64,000 nt of DNA from Amoebophrya sp. A120 (taxonomy: Eukaryota > Protista > Dinoflagellata). The notes beneath the pieces were generated by a model, which was given only the letters and a program-made list of their open reading frames with translations, searched no databases and was not told the DNA's origin. Positions 23,673 through 36,757 of this stretch are shown one piece after another. Numbering within the stretch: the stretch's first letter is position 1; each line of letters opens with the position of its first letter. Where the stretch lies: positions 3,250,823 through 3,314,822 of the forward strand of contig CAJINV010000013.1 in the NCBI GenBank assembly GCA_905178155.1, read 5' to 3'. Both the position numbers and the translations under genes were made by a program.

Positions 23673-24738
23673 AAGTTGTACTAGAGATAAACGCCTCGTC
23701 GACCAGACTGACAGCACGACCACCTGCTCAATCTCCACTCCTGCAATGGCGGATATTAACCAGTTCTTGTGAGTAGACTGAGGGGGCGTGGTCGCAAGAA
23801 CTGCGTCTTCATGCGAATGCGGCTGATCGTCCAGGGGCAGGGCCACCAGGGGACGACGGGAGCTGGAAATGTGTGGCTTTGTGGAGCAGGTCGTTGCGGA
23901 GAGTAGAAAAGGGCGCTTGGCGCGGTGGAAGACTTGGTGCGGATCAAGAACTTGTTTCCCGGCCCGCGGTCGTCTTGCACTAATCTATGCGATCCTCACA
24001 AACTGTAAGATGAACTTCCGCCCGTGCATCGGTCTGTGTGTTTGCGATCCACAAGATTCGCAGAAAATCTCGGCGCAAGCTGCAGTGCTACTTACTCTGC
24101 ATGCTCTGCACTTCACGAATAAAAGAATACAGAGATGAATGACATCAAAATAGCAAAACGTCGGAGGGACCACGAGTAAAAAGGTCGCGACGTGCCTCTC
24201 CGCAGCCTCTTGCTTTGTCTAGAGAGCTCGCGGCAGTCGCGATCTGCTCAGCAACATGAAACATTTTGTGAAACTTAGTGCACATATACTTCGGCATCGC
24301 TATCGGTTCTTCTTCTTTGGAAGAGTCAAGTCAGCGAAAAAGCGTCGGATTGGACCTTTGCGGCTCTTCTATGATCACGCGATCTTCGGTATTATATACG
24401 ATGTCTACCTCCACGCTCGGTTTTTGGCAGATGATGTTGATGTTCCTTGTTCGGTAAAATGGTTTCGGTGCTACCGTTATTTCTGTATATCTGTTTCTGT
24501 TGAGGATGAGGTAAGCACAATCATGTAGTCGCTGCTCCTCCCAGTACTTCTACTGTTATTTAAGTTTCACGACGATTTTTTTTGTCTGCCGTGCCGCGAC
24601 ATCAAATCGGACAGGACGCAAACAGAAAGAGAGGACCTTCCTCGTCGATAAGAAACATATGCACAAAAGTTTTTTTTGACGGCCAAAGCATCAAACCCAC
24701 ATTAGTAAGCAGCGCCGTGTTAGCCGCAGCAGCGATAA

Positions 24739-26308
24739 ATGCCGGGCCGCGCAGTATCCTCGACTCTGTTGCCGCCTCGGAAGCCGTTCCGCCTATGGAC
24801 GTCGACCGGGGTAGTTGCTTTTTACGCACTCCTGATCGCCAATAGTGCCGATGGTTTGAGCCGCTTACACCGGAGACCGAGCACTTCTAGTAAAAAAGAA
24901 CAAGGGGACGACGCAGATGAAGCGGCTGGCACAAGAACTTCAACTGCAGTCGCCGGCGTAGTTGAAGGTAGCTGCGAGCCAAACAGCGCTGGGGATGCTG
25001 CACCTTTATCTGCAGATGATGACACTGGAGGAGAGCGCCATCAGGTGAGGCCCGCTACTTGTGATGGAGAAGTAAGATCGAAATATCGGCAAGTGGAAAT
25101 TGGGCACCAACACCAGCAGTCAGATCAAGCAGGTGGTCCCAACCAACGTGAACGGGCGTTGCGACACTGCAAGAACCTCGGGTCAAACTTGGCGCAGATG
25201 CTTCAGAAGGAAATCAATCATCCGAGTTCTACTTGGCAGCAAGCGGCGCGAGGAAAGAGGAACAACGACGCGGTCACTGCTGCTGTATGGAACGGAAAAC
25301 TGCTAGTCTGTGCGAGCAGAGGAACAAATTGTAGACAGACAGGCACCACCGCTTGTCATGCATAAAGTATGCCGTGCCTCTAGTGCCTACGATTCATTAT
25401 AGATGGCCTTGCACAGGGACCAACAGCAACACCAAGCTGCTCCTCAAGATTGCATGACAGGAACAATGAAGATGAACGAGAGCGACGCACATAGATCTTC
25501 ATGATTTGTCCAACTAAAAAAAAAGCTACAACAACTCGCTCGCAGCACAGATACCATTATTTCCACTTGATACAATCTAGTCTCCGCCGCGCAGTCCTTC
25601 ATTCGAACTTGCGGACCAAACGCTGGCTCCACCATCTCGGTCGTAATCCGCGATGTTCCTGTTAAACAAATGCCAGACCCCCGACATCCCCACAAGTTTT
25701 CCACGAAGCACCTCTACTCCTTCACTTTCACCGTCCTCGGCTACGCGGTATACCGGGAAAGCCGAGCGGTGGTGAGCACGCTGCTGAGCGCGGCGGGGAA
25801 CTCCCGGCTGCCGATCGACCTGACGGGTGTGGTAGAAACACTTGACGTTCTTGATCGGAGCGCCACGGGGATTGGTGGCGGTGGAGATGATAACGATGGT
25901 CTATCATCTCCTGTGCCGTCGGCTTCCCCTACTTCCCTTCGAGGCAAAACGGTGGAAAGGATGAGGATTCGGAATTACTACGCACAGGTGGTGCTCTTCG
26001 TGTGGCACACGCTGCGGAAGGAAGTAAGCTACAAGACTGCGCCGGTTACACCTACATCTTCCCGTTTGGGTGGAAAAGTACAAGAGAATCGAATCAACTT
26101 CGTCCAGCAAGTGGTGTATTTCGATGTTCAGACCTACCACAATGGACGGTCCGTGCTTGTAAGCGGGACACAAGTCCACAAAGTCCCCCTTGACCTCCTG
26201 TATCAAAATCGTGGCGAGGACGAGGTGGCCGAGCCCTCAAGCAGAAAGACGAACACGATTGCCGGTCGTCGTGGTCCTGCTATAAGCGGGCGAGCGGCCG
26301 ACTTGTGA
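24739..26308 (+). CDS. Hypothetical protein with signal-peptide-like N-terminus (2 exons)
   Basis: ORF 24739 (GVVAFYALLIANSADG) joins ORF 25670 in frame through non-canonical intron ~25285-25576 (AVTAA|LVSAAQSF). Confidence 0.55.
25286..25572. mobile_element. Degenerate IR introner (TAT...ATA)
   Basis: Weak IR (tat...ggaaa...tctgtgc...gagc at both ends); removal of element + 5 nt is in frame. Confidence 0.55.
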
Positions 26309-27446
26309 ACGAGGGGAGCTACGAAAAAGCATTAATCATCGCATTGACTCCTTTTGAAGACGCAACTTCTGGAGCACCAATTATGACGACCATGCAGTGA
26401 ATGAAATACTGATGAAGCCAAATGGGCTTATTTCCGCTTTTGCTTTCCACTTGCTGTTTGAGCAAAACTTACAGTGCATTCATCTCTTCTGTATCTGTTT
26501 TGATGTCCATGCATGCATGCACGTTCTTCGATCCTGTGATGGATCGTCATCGTTCGAGTTACGGCATTTCTATTTTTCCTTCATGCTACTCAAACACAAG
26601 TTTTATTTACATACAGTAGGAATCTCTCAATAATCAATGAGTTCGTGCATTGATTGCAATAATTGTATCTATTACCCACGTGTTTAATCGCCGTGGTAAA
26701 AAATGCATATGGTTATGCTTTGTCACATCACAACATATTGAAGTTAGGTTTTAGTTGGGCGTGAAGTAGTCTGATCACACATTCATCGAATCAGACTCTG
26801 GGGTGCGAACTACACAGCGGCAAGAAAATGATATTCCGAGAAAAGCCAATATCTTTTCGACATGCTTTGTCTATCATAGATCAACGGATGTTGACAACGA
26901 TGCAGTCGTGAAAAAGATGGAAGAGCCCTGATGCCGGATGCAGTGCGAAAGTACTGCTTCACGAAACCTATGATTTTCGGTTTCTCTCCGTTGTCGCCCA
27001 TTTTTCCTTCGTCGACAAATGGAAATGAATACCTGTGTTTTAGTTTTTGTGAATTATGATCAGCAACTTTACGACGTTCTTAGTGCGACGAAAGCTGCTA
27101 GTCCGCAAGACGTGGCTTCTCCTACTTCAAATTTTTTGATTAAGTACTCCTTTTCATCGGTCAGTAACTTCTGGTATGCCTGCGGTCCCCGTCGGTTGTA
27201 GTGTAAGAGTGTGCTGCTCTAGGTTCTATTGTTGATTCGTGTTTCCGTAGTTGAGTGTGAGAACTTGCAAACCAAGTTCTCTTTCGTGAAAGTCATTTGT
27301 TTCCTGTGGCGGACGACAGCACAAGGACATCAGGGATCATAGGTACATACATACTGGGCCGCAAGTAACGTAAACGCTGTCTCCTGACCCTGAGAAAATA
27401 AATATCAATGACCCAACCGTAAACCGAACCAACGTAAGACTCAATT

Positions 27447-30400
27447 ATGGCCATCTGTGATGGCAGCGAGATCGCCTTGTCGGCCAATGCCCTCAGCCCT
27501 GCCGGAACCCGGTGGCGTCGTTTTTTTTCCGCGCTGCGGTTGTGGGCGTGGTACCCTCGACACGGCGAGCTGGAGCTGCGTAGGGAAGATTTAGTGCAGC
27601 CAGCGCTGGAGCATGTGGAGCATGCGAGCTCCTTTTCCAGTGCAACAGCCGTTGTGGATCATAAAAGACCTGCGAGGAATTCTGCAGAAGCAGGAGAACC
27701 TGAACCGCCCAACACGACCTCCTGCCCTCTGGGAACCTTCGCGAGCCAGCTGTTTCTCGCTGCGGTCTCTAACGCGAACGATCCGAGTGTCACTGACTTT
27801 TTGACGGATCCAAACTCCTTCTTCCTGGCGTGGCAGGCAGTGGAAGCGCAGCAGCAGCATGGAGATCCGGGGCAGGCTACAAGTGCTGCACAAGTTCTTG
27901 TACTGGAAGGTGTCAAAGCTGCCGATAGCAGTAAGGAACGACCTGGGAGGCATGCTAAAAATGAAGGAGCTTCTACCACTTCAGAATCCCCACCTTCGTC
28001 CTCCTCCCCGTCATCTCTCGTCGACACCCTGCTGACCCGATTTCCGGAAGACAAAAGCCTTATCCCGTGGGCGCCACTCTTCCGAGCGTTGGCAGCGCCG
28101 ATAGTCGACATACTGGAGCTGCGCGATCATGACGCTGCTAGTAGTGCTCCTGATTCAGCATTTGATGAACAGCTACAGCAGACAACGCTCGCGACCGCGA
28201 TTTTCTCCGGGTACCTGTGCCCAGAGGTAGAATATATACCCAACGATATACCCAAACCTGCGTATTTAGATTTGGTCGGTTTATTGAAAATTCCTCGATA
28301 AGTATTGAATCGTCACTCTTATCTATCCCACGAAAAAAGTGTATACAGTTACACACTTGTAGTGAATTTAGCAATGCAAATTTCTCTGCACGAGAGAGAA
28401 AACCTGCAATGCAGAAATCCTACAGGAAAATACATACGAAATTAGGCTCCTATGTATATCCGGCATGACAGAGCTTGTCTGTCTTGCTTGGCCTGCAACG
28501 CAATGTGTAATTGTGCAACTTTTTTTGTGCGATATTATCCAACTCGTCGGCCCTGCTGGTAAAACGACTCAAAAACAGCAGAGCGGAGTGGTGGAATTTG
28601 CATGCTTCTTCGTCTTTGAAGGAGTTGATAAAGACGAAAGCTTCCGCATTGAAGCGTCCCGAGGTCGCGCGCGCCTTTTCAGCTAGACGGCAACGACGGA
28701 GAACATGATGAAAACGCCGTGGCTGTTCCGAACAGCCACAGGCTTTTCGTCGCGAATGTTGTCCGTTTCTGGCAACGGCCGAACCTCCTCGGCCGCTGCC
28801 AGAAACGTGAAAAAGCGCGCTGAGAAAATTAAATTTAGCAGGTTGGGTGTTTTGACCCAACCTGCACAAACCTGCGGCGCAGGTTGGGTCAAAACACCCA
28901 ACATCCTAAATTTAATTTTCTCGGCGCGCTTTTTCACAAAATAAAATTTTCGCAACATGTTGTCCCTCAGCTGAAAATCGCAAAAAAAATCAGAATGCCC
29001 CCAAAACAAATTAACCTCCGCGCCGCGGTTCCGCCTTCGGGCCCCGCTTCTTCTTGGCCCGGGTGCCTTAGGGGTAGGCCCCCCACGTCATATTCCGACT
29101 GCCCGCGCGCTATGGTGTGTGTGTGGAGGCTGCTTGGGTTTTTCTGTGTTGTTTCACCAGGCCAGAGATGGCTACTTGATTTCATTTTTGGAACCCTTCC
29201 GGTGTTGATTGTTTTCATTTTTCGGATTAGAAATTGTCTTCCGACTTTGATTGAGACACGCAGGGAACTGATAGCTCAGCGAATGGTTGTGCCCTGGCGG
29301 TCGTGTCAGCGATGCGAGAAACTTCGTTGGCACTGAGGTGGGGAGGGGATTTGGAGGGTGTGGCGTATGTTCATATAGGTGGCGTTTCATATCAATATCT
29401 ATTGAGGATTTTTCAATATTTCGAGCAAATGCAAATACGCATGTTTGGCGAATAGTGGATCCATAGCTCGCTTCCGCAATCTTCTCCGGGTACCTGTGTC
29501 CAGAGGTAGAACTGGCAGCTCTAGGTGGTGAAATAAGCCAGCAGGAACGAGCTGAATTACAGAATTCGCATCACCATCACGTGCCAGCAAATAGAAGATA
29601 CGGTGCCGGTGGCGCAGAGGAGTCGGAGTCCGTGACTGAACTCTTCGGGAACGCTGACTACGCGTCACGCGGAGCGAAATTGTGTGCGAGAGCAAAGGCA
29701 ATCGCAAATGATGTGCAGGACGATGAAATTGGTGACGTCGGCCGCTCCAACGTAGTACCGGAACAAAAGACAGCGACTGACGCGAAAACGCAGCCTGTAG
29801 CTTCCCCATCAGTTGCCGCCCCGTCGGCGCAAACGCTTCTGCTCGACTGGATGGAACAGATCGGGGATGTTAGGAATCTTGTCTCGCGCTCTGCAGCCTT
29901 TTCAACAGGGAATGAAAGAAATGATGCAGCGCACGAAGAACAAAGGCACAGAACTCGACCAACAGGTGCAGGTCAACCTGTGCTCCCAGCTGCAAGTAGC
30001 TTGCAAAATACGCCGTATTGCTACGCAGCGTCGGACTTTCTCGTCGATCACGAGAAGAAGTCATCTTTGTCCGGTTCTACACCAACTCGGGACCGGCACT
30101 CGGAAGCAGTAGAAGTTTCCGACAATGAATCACCTGACGAAGGCTCATTTGCGTTTGAATTTTCCGAGACAATGCGACAACGGTGGTCGGCAGGCGTGGC
30201 GACTCGACGAGAGGAACGGGACAAAGAAGCGGAAGGTGGTGGCAAAGCTACCACGACCCCGCTCATTCCGCAGGGCCCCGCGGTAGACAGCGGAGTGCTG
30301 CCCTGCGAGGCGCAATTTTTTCTGGAGAGTGTCCGGGACCAAAACTGCAACGTCATAGTCGAAACGGGCATTTTCCAGGGCAGCAGCACCGAGTACTGGT

Positions 30401-31062
30401 GTCAATATTTTGAAGGAGCAGGGGAAAATCCTCAACGTGGCCGTGTCTTCGCTATCGATCGGGCGTTGCCGGCAGGTCGGACACCCGACAGTTACTGCAC
30501 GAAAGTGGTGGAGGACGATGGAGCAAGAAGTGCATCAAGTAGAGAAACTACGCAAACTGCTCATATTCACCAAATCCAATCCCAGCCCAACTTGCTGCGG
30601 ATCTTTGAGGGTGACGCCTTCGATCTGGTTCCCATGCTGCTCGCGCAACTGCAGCAACAGAACCGACAAGTTTTTGGAATGGACGAGGAAGTTGGAGATC
30701 ATGGCGATCGACGTGAAAAATCTGTTCAAAATATACAAGAGCATCCACTGCAGAACCGCGTCTGTCTCTTTCTCGACGGGCCCAAGGGCGCGGTGGCGGT
30801 GCGGTGGGCCGAGGAACTGTTTGTCAGGTTTGCGAACCTGATAAAAATCATCGGCTTTCACGACATGCACGCCGAGGTGAAGACGGAGAACTACTTTGTG
30901 GAGGAAGCACGCATGAGAGAAATCCTGTCAGATGATTCTCCTCCGCCAGCGAGGACTGGAACGAAAGACATAACCACTTCGGAGTCACCTTCACCTACTT
31001 CCACTTCTGCATCATCTCCGCCACAGCCGCACAAGAACCTAGCACGTCTCCGATTGCTATGA
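27447..31062 (+). CDS. Protein with a C-terminal class I SAM-dependent methyltransferase-like domain
   Basis: ORFs 27447 and 29581 join in frame across the 28.2-29.5 kb intron. Motifs VIVETGIFQGSST, RVFAID, IFEGDA, CLFLDGPKG, IGFHD. Both ends uncertain; a last exon (~31397-31483, GPGNHVVGIMYPAEK*) is possible. Confidence 0.6.
28233..29465. mobile_element. 1,233-bp TAT...ATA element with ~75-bp imperfect TIR, flanked by a 46-bp direct repeat of exon sequence
   Basis: TIR core ccaaacctgcgtattt...tattgaaaattcctcgataagtattga matches the reverse complement of ~29392-29465. Direct repeats at 28187-28232 and 29466-29511 (41/46 identical). Confidence 0.85.
28807..28937. repeat. Long palindrome, 59-bp arms (3 mismatches), 13-nt loop
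   Basis: 28807-28865 is the reverse complement of 28879-28937; the left arm contains a sub-hairpin gcaggttgggt-gttttg-acccaacctgc. Confidence 0.92.
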
Positions 31063-32606
31063 GGCAGAGAGCAACTCTTCTGAGGTACGTAGGTTTTTTT
31101 TTTCGGTTGATGCCATGCCTCGATTGGGAGCTGCTAGTATGTCAATGTCAATCCCCTGGGAAAAATCCTTCATGGCGTCGGCGGCACATGAAGAGTGTGT
31201 GATGGGTCGACCTCGACTTTTATTGCATGAGCAGAAAAAACAGCTCTTTCTTGTATACCGAGGGATCTTCGCGGAGCAGCTTCTTCCAAGTCAATATATT
31301 CTCAACGGTCGTGTACAACTAGGAATTCTAGTGCAAGAAAGTCAGTCACATTCTCACGTGTCACAAGAAAGGGTGTCTCTGCGTCTACTTCCATAGTCCG
31401 AGAAGAGTCGACATCCGACGAGATTTACAGAAGACGGTCCTGGCAACCACGTTGTGGGTATTATGTACCCAGCGGAGAAGTAGTCGGATGAGCATGAAGC
31501 TGCAAGAACTACAAGACGAGAAGTTTTTTTATCAGCAGGAGATCACGACGTAGTGTATTTTAATATAGGTTCCTGTCATAGATTTCGCACAATTTCAACT
31601 TGTTGTACGAATCGCGGGATCTTTCTACGTTCGCACGATGAACAAACATCAGAAACGCATAAACTGTTAGTTCTTGTTATCCAGCCGTCAAGAAGTATGC
31701 ACTTCTCGCAGGTCTTGTTGTGATTCTTGACATGATGATGACAAGATGAACTGGTGCTAGATCATCCGAAAACACACGAGTATGTTCTTTCGCGCGATAC
31801 GAAACATCAAAGAGAAAGACTAACACACGGAAAACGAAAAACGACACGAAACTATAACAGAGAGCAACAGGAGCCGCATTGCATTGACGTGCGTTTTTTT
31901 TTCCTTCATCTCAACAGCGACCTGAGGAGAGGAAAGAGAACAAGAGCAAGAGAGTAAGTAGACATAGTTTCAGTAGAATCGCCATTACATGAAAAGTGCT
32001 ACTGTGCAGGGAGTTGCACAACGATAGCTGCCCGACAGAGGGCATGACTGTCAGAGACCTTTAGGTGCTAGTGTGATCACATGTGATTGAAGTTTTGTTT
32101 TTCTGGTCCTGCCAAATAATTGGACGAGGCAGGGACGGCGATATCGACGTGATTTAGCTTGACTTTATACAGTGCCACACACTGCATTCCTTTGAATGCT
32201 TTTATTCCAGATCCCTCAGAAAAATTTGCTTAAGCGCACCTATTGCGTCCGTTTATCAATTCAATTACTTACTCCCGCTATTTTTATTGTCGAAAAGGAC
32301 AGCGAGTACTTCTTGCTATTTGTATTTGATGCAGCAGCCACTTTTATTTCAGTGTATGATATTAAAAAAGTTGAAAAGAAGTGAACACCGAGACGGCAAT
32401 AAAGCTGAAAAGCGATCTTTACGGTGCCTTTTCCTACGGGATGCACTAGTAGACCGTGCATCATCAGAGAAGCACGGGAAAGAAATTTCACTTTGATGTA
32501 GTTCCAATTTGTGTAGTTTGTTGCTTGAGGTAGTTGAGCTTGAAGCTTGTATCGGGGCTGCTTCAACATCTCCTTGTGAAGTTTAGTGCAGGACAAGGCT
32601 GCAAAA

Positions 32607-34573
32607 ATGGTTGGTTGTTGCGGGGCCACGTCGCCAAGCAAGCTGAGGATGGATGGGGAAGGCGAAGCGGCAAAGACCCCGACCACACCGGATGAGAAGA
32701 AGAAACAGGACGACGACAAAAAAGGCGTGACCTTCGACAAGGACGTAGTGTACCGGGACTCTGCCGCACCCCCACTGCAAGCCGGGATGTCCTCCCCAGA
32801 TCGGGGAAGATACAGCCAGACACGGCCAAAAGCGATACCTCAGTTCGAGACCGGGCCGGCACCAAGGCCAGCCGACGAAGTGCTGAACAACGACGAAACG
32901 GCCATCATAGTAGTGGACTTTCAGCACGATTTCATGGGTATCCACATGGCAAAAGAGTCGCATGAAGATATTACGCACCACTGCGATAGCAGTACTGTGC
33001 TTGAAGTCGAGACGTTCTTCTTGCTTCTTTGTCGACATTATAGACGCATCATTTAACGACACATGAAACAAAAATTTGTATTTTCAAGTTGTAGCTTTTA
33101 ATTTCGCTTTATGCGGTTGCGGTGCGTCGATATTATTCCCGATTCTTTTGCAGCGGATAAGTAAAGGGGGCAATCTAGCCGTCAGCGGCGCGGATTATGG
33201 AAAATACAAGGATGACGTCGTCGCCTTTGTTGAGAAATGCAGGGGGAAGGGAAGGTAGATTTCTCTAGTATTAGCCGATTCGAGACTGCCTTCGATTCTA
33301 CTTCTCTTGTTTACGTGTATTGAAACAAGTGTGTGGCAGCGTCTTTGTGTTTTCTGCAACAAAAAAGCTGCTGCCTTTGTTGTTGACGCTCTGCTTACGT
33401 GTCAAAATTACATCTTCATCAGGGTCATCGTGTGGTCCCAAGACTGGCACCCAGAAGATCATCAGAGCTTCGCAAAAAATCACGACGGCGGGGTGCCATT
33501 TACGTACGAAAAGAAAAAAGAATGTTGCGATGTGGAGAAGTGCTAGGACCTTTCATGGACGCGTGCGATGATGAAACGCAGCGCAAATTTTAGTCGAGCC
33601 CCAAGACCTGCTGTCAATGCAAACAGCGTCCTCATAAAAAGTAGGATTTTTTTTATTGCAGTTGCAGACATGCGATTGCGAAGGAAATTTTGCATTCATT
33701 CCTGAGCTGCTGGCGCCCCCGCCTCCTCTCTTCCTGCAGTTGTCGTGGTGGTGGCCCGTCAAAAATCGCAAAGACTTTTTTCCTTTCCATGCCGCTCAAA
33801 AAAAGCTTTCGAGACCTAAGGAATCGGGCGAAATAATCGACACGGACCAGGTATAGCAGACGATAAAAATGGAAATTTGTTGGGCCGAAATCGATGCTGA
33901 ATGTTCTGTAGTCGATCATGGGTGTAGTGGAATGGTCTAGTACTTCGTTTATTATGTTATACATTCACATACACATTATAGTGGGTTTGGCTTATTGATG
34001 TGTGACGTTCACAATCACAGACTCTTTGGCCGGTGCATTGCGTCCAAGGCTCCAAGGGCGCGGAGTTCGTCACCGAGGTAAGAGAGGGAGAATTCGTCCA
34101 GCAAAAGGGTACCATGCCTCCCTGGGATAGTTACTCGGCTTTCATGGATGACGGGGGACATCCGACGGGCCTCGCTGACCATCTGAAGAATAAGGTACTC
34201 AAAAACTAAAACAGTTTCTTTTTCCTGAAAGATGCATGATGCTTTTCATGCTCTTCCTTTTTCATGCATCCCTGTATCCCGATCCGCTTCAACATCCTCC
34301 GGACGATTATGATTGATGAAGCGAATGAAGTAAAAGTGGAGAAAAGTTCGAAAGAACATCACCCAACAGGGCATAAAAGCAACGGTGTGTTTCGGGTTGG
34401 CGCTGGATTTCTGTGTGTATTTTACGGCCAAAGATTCCTGCCAGTCCGGATTTTCCACGTACTGGATACCGGAGCTCTGCCGTGGCATCGACCCCGAATT
34501 TGAGAACTCGAAGTACGATACCGCAGGGTGTTACACCATCACCCTACCGGAGGCCAACAAGGCACTGGAATAG
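32607..34573 (+). CDS. pncA: Nicotinamidase/pyrazinamidase (isochorismatase-like family)
   Basis: AIIVVDFQHDFM|EGGNLAV, SQDWHPEDHQSF, LWPVHCVQGSKGA, KG...DSYSAF, GLALDFCV (catalytic Asp/Lys/Cys present). GT-AG introns 33255-33422, 33851-34020, 34195-34368; non-canonical intron ~32938-33163; the junction near 33540-33665 is unresolved. Confidence 0.9.
32939..33159. mobile_element. Degenerate IR introner (TATCC...GGATA)
   Basis: IR tatcc..gcaaaagagtcg vs tatcc..gcaaaagaatcg; removing element + 5 nt rebuilds the conserved DFxxGGxLAV motif. Confidence 0.8.
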
Positions 34574-36757
34574 TATAGAGAAGGTGCTGGTGGTGGGGGG
34601 ACTTCCTGTAGTTTCTCTATGATGAAGATTTTTACCCCTCGATGTAGCAACTTCTCGGCCGCGGCCGTGCTATCTCAGGCCCGGAGAACAACTGGCACGT
34701 GCTGCGAAGTAGATGTCTAAGCTACTTATTGTGCACAATAAATATTTATTAGTTTCAATATAAATCAAAATCATCCTTTTAGTTTTATGGCAGCCAGCGA
34801 GATGAAGATCTCACGTGGATGAATAATCTTCTACCAGCCATTGCATAGAAGAGCTAGAGCGGCTTGTCGCCGTCTTATGTAGTTTGTCCATAATAAGGCT
34901 TTGCCGTGCTGGTATATTACTCCACCTAGGTGTGACCTAGAAGAGCTGCAGAAGAAGCACAAGAAGAATCAATGCATGTTGCTCCTGCTACTCGAACATG
35001 TTGCACAGGTTATTCGTTCTTGCAAGCGATTCAGCCGAGATCAAATCAAGATTTATATATTTGGAAAAGTGCTGTTGACTAATGTACTACACCCTTGAAG
35101 AGGTTTGCACAGCTCTGCACAGCAGTAAACACAACCTTAACCTCCAGACGAGAATCTTGAGCCGAAACGTGCTTCTGTTTTGTTGCCCTGCGTTAATAGT
35201 ACATAGGAGTTTTTACCCGCCCTGCTGGCAGCGATTTTCTTGTGACGACCTGCAAAATCTAAACGTCCGCACGAGCTACAAAGTGATCTCCTTTGTTATC
35301 ATCTTCAAGCATGAAAAACGTAAAGGAGAAGAACAGATGACGGGAAAGTACTCTACTAACTAGTCCTCGGAGAAGATAGACTTTGTCTCACGCACGGCAG
35401 AACGCGCGTTGCGACAAACGCTCCCATGGATACACGACCTCCACCTTCGCGACATACAGATTGAGATTGCCTCCTCTACAGTAATCAAAAGCCCCGCCCC
35501 CACCAGCAACACTTCATCGGCTAGCGAATGGGAATGCTATGTATCCCTCCAAATTTACGTATTGATATGTGATACTGATGAAATTGTGCGACGTGGTGAT
35601 GAAAGTGAGAACTCGGTGGCACGTCCAGAATATTTACATGAAAATGATATTAGCGATAACCAGTTGTTGATAACGAAATATCGAAATATTCGTTTCCTCA
35701 TTCTTGCACAGGCACATCGACATCTTCATCATATTTTTCGTCATCTTCCCTTACCCTTGCCCTTATGCCACTACCCGTCCCTGTTGCCGCCCCACGACAC
35801 TTGAAGAAAGAAACTGTACACCTCTATTGCCTACTAGAATTGCGATTGCCTGATCACCTGGAAGATGTCTAAATGTTCATGTATCACACACATTGTGAAA
35901 AGAGACGTGAAAAGAGACGACCTTGCTGTTCTCATGATTCATCATTCCATCACAACTTGATGTGGTGGCAAGTACAAAAAAGTGAACGTATCGTCGTGTT
36001 TGTGATGCGCATTTTTCGCGATCACGTGGGTCATTGATTTATCCCATGCTGAAGTTCAATTATGTTCTTGATTGGTTGGGGTGTATTATGCTCATGTCGT
36101 CGTCTACTTGCCCGTCGCTCAAAGAAACGATACTTCGCAACGAAATAGGTATTTCGTAGGTCTTCACGACAAGTAGGTCATCGTCTAAAAGCACTTCGTT
36201 GGAATTTCGCTTTTGAAGATCGATGTCACCATCGTCTTGGTCTTCTCCCACTTTCTGCTCAAATCGTGAGATCTATTGATCTCGTTTCAGTACTTATCCG
36301 AACATCGTCAGCGGCAACTTTCGTGGACCATTTATTTTTCGGGCACAACAGACGAAGGTCGAAAAAATCGTCGGTAATTTTGGCTCTGCTGCACTTAAGT
36401 AAAACTAAAAAGACTTCCTCGTCTTGTTCGTCGGCCTCACTTGCCAGCTGCAAGATCGTGGACTCTTGTGAATTTTGCACTCGCGTTTTTTGTTTAAAGT
36501 CCGACCCTCATCATGCTGTGGTTTTCTACAACCGCCTCCTTTTTACATATCTTGTCGTTGTCGCACAGTTGTACCAAGGATTGTTTTTTTTTCTCAAAGG
36601 GATCTGCGATTATGATGTATCATGGACAATAATTAACAAATGTTGGCTTATCCTTATCATCTAGAAGAATAAGCCGTCCGTAGGTCGCAAATCACACACG
36701 ACATACAATCCCTTTTGATTCTTTCACGGTTGACAGGAACTACACGACTTAAGAAAA

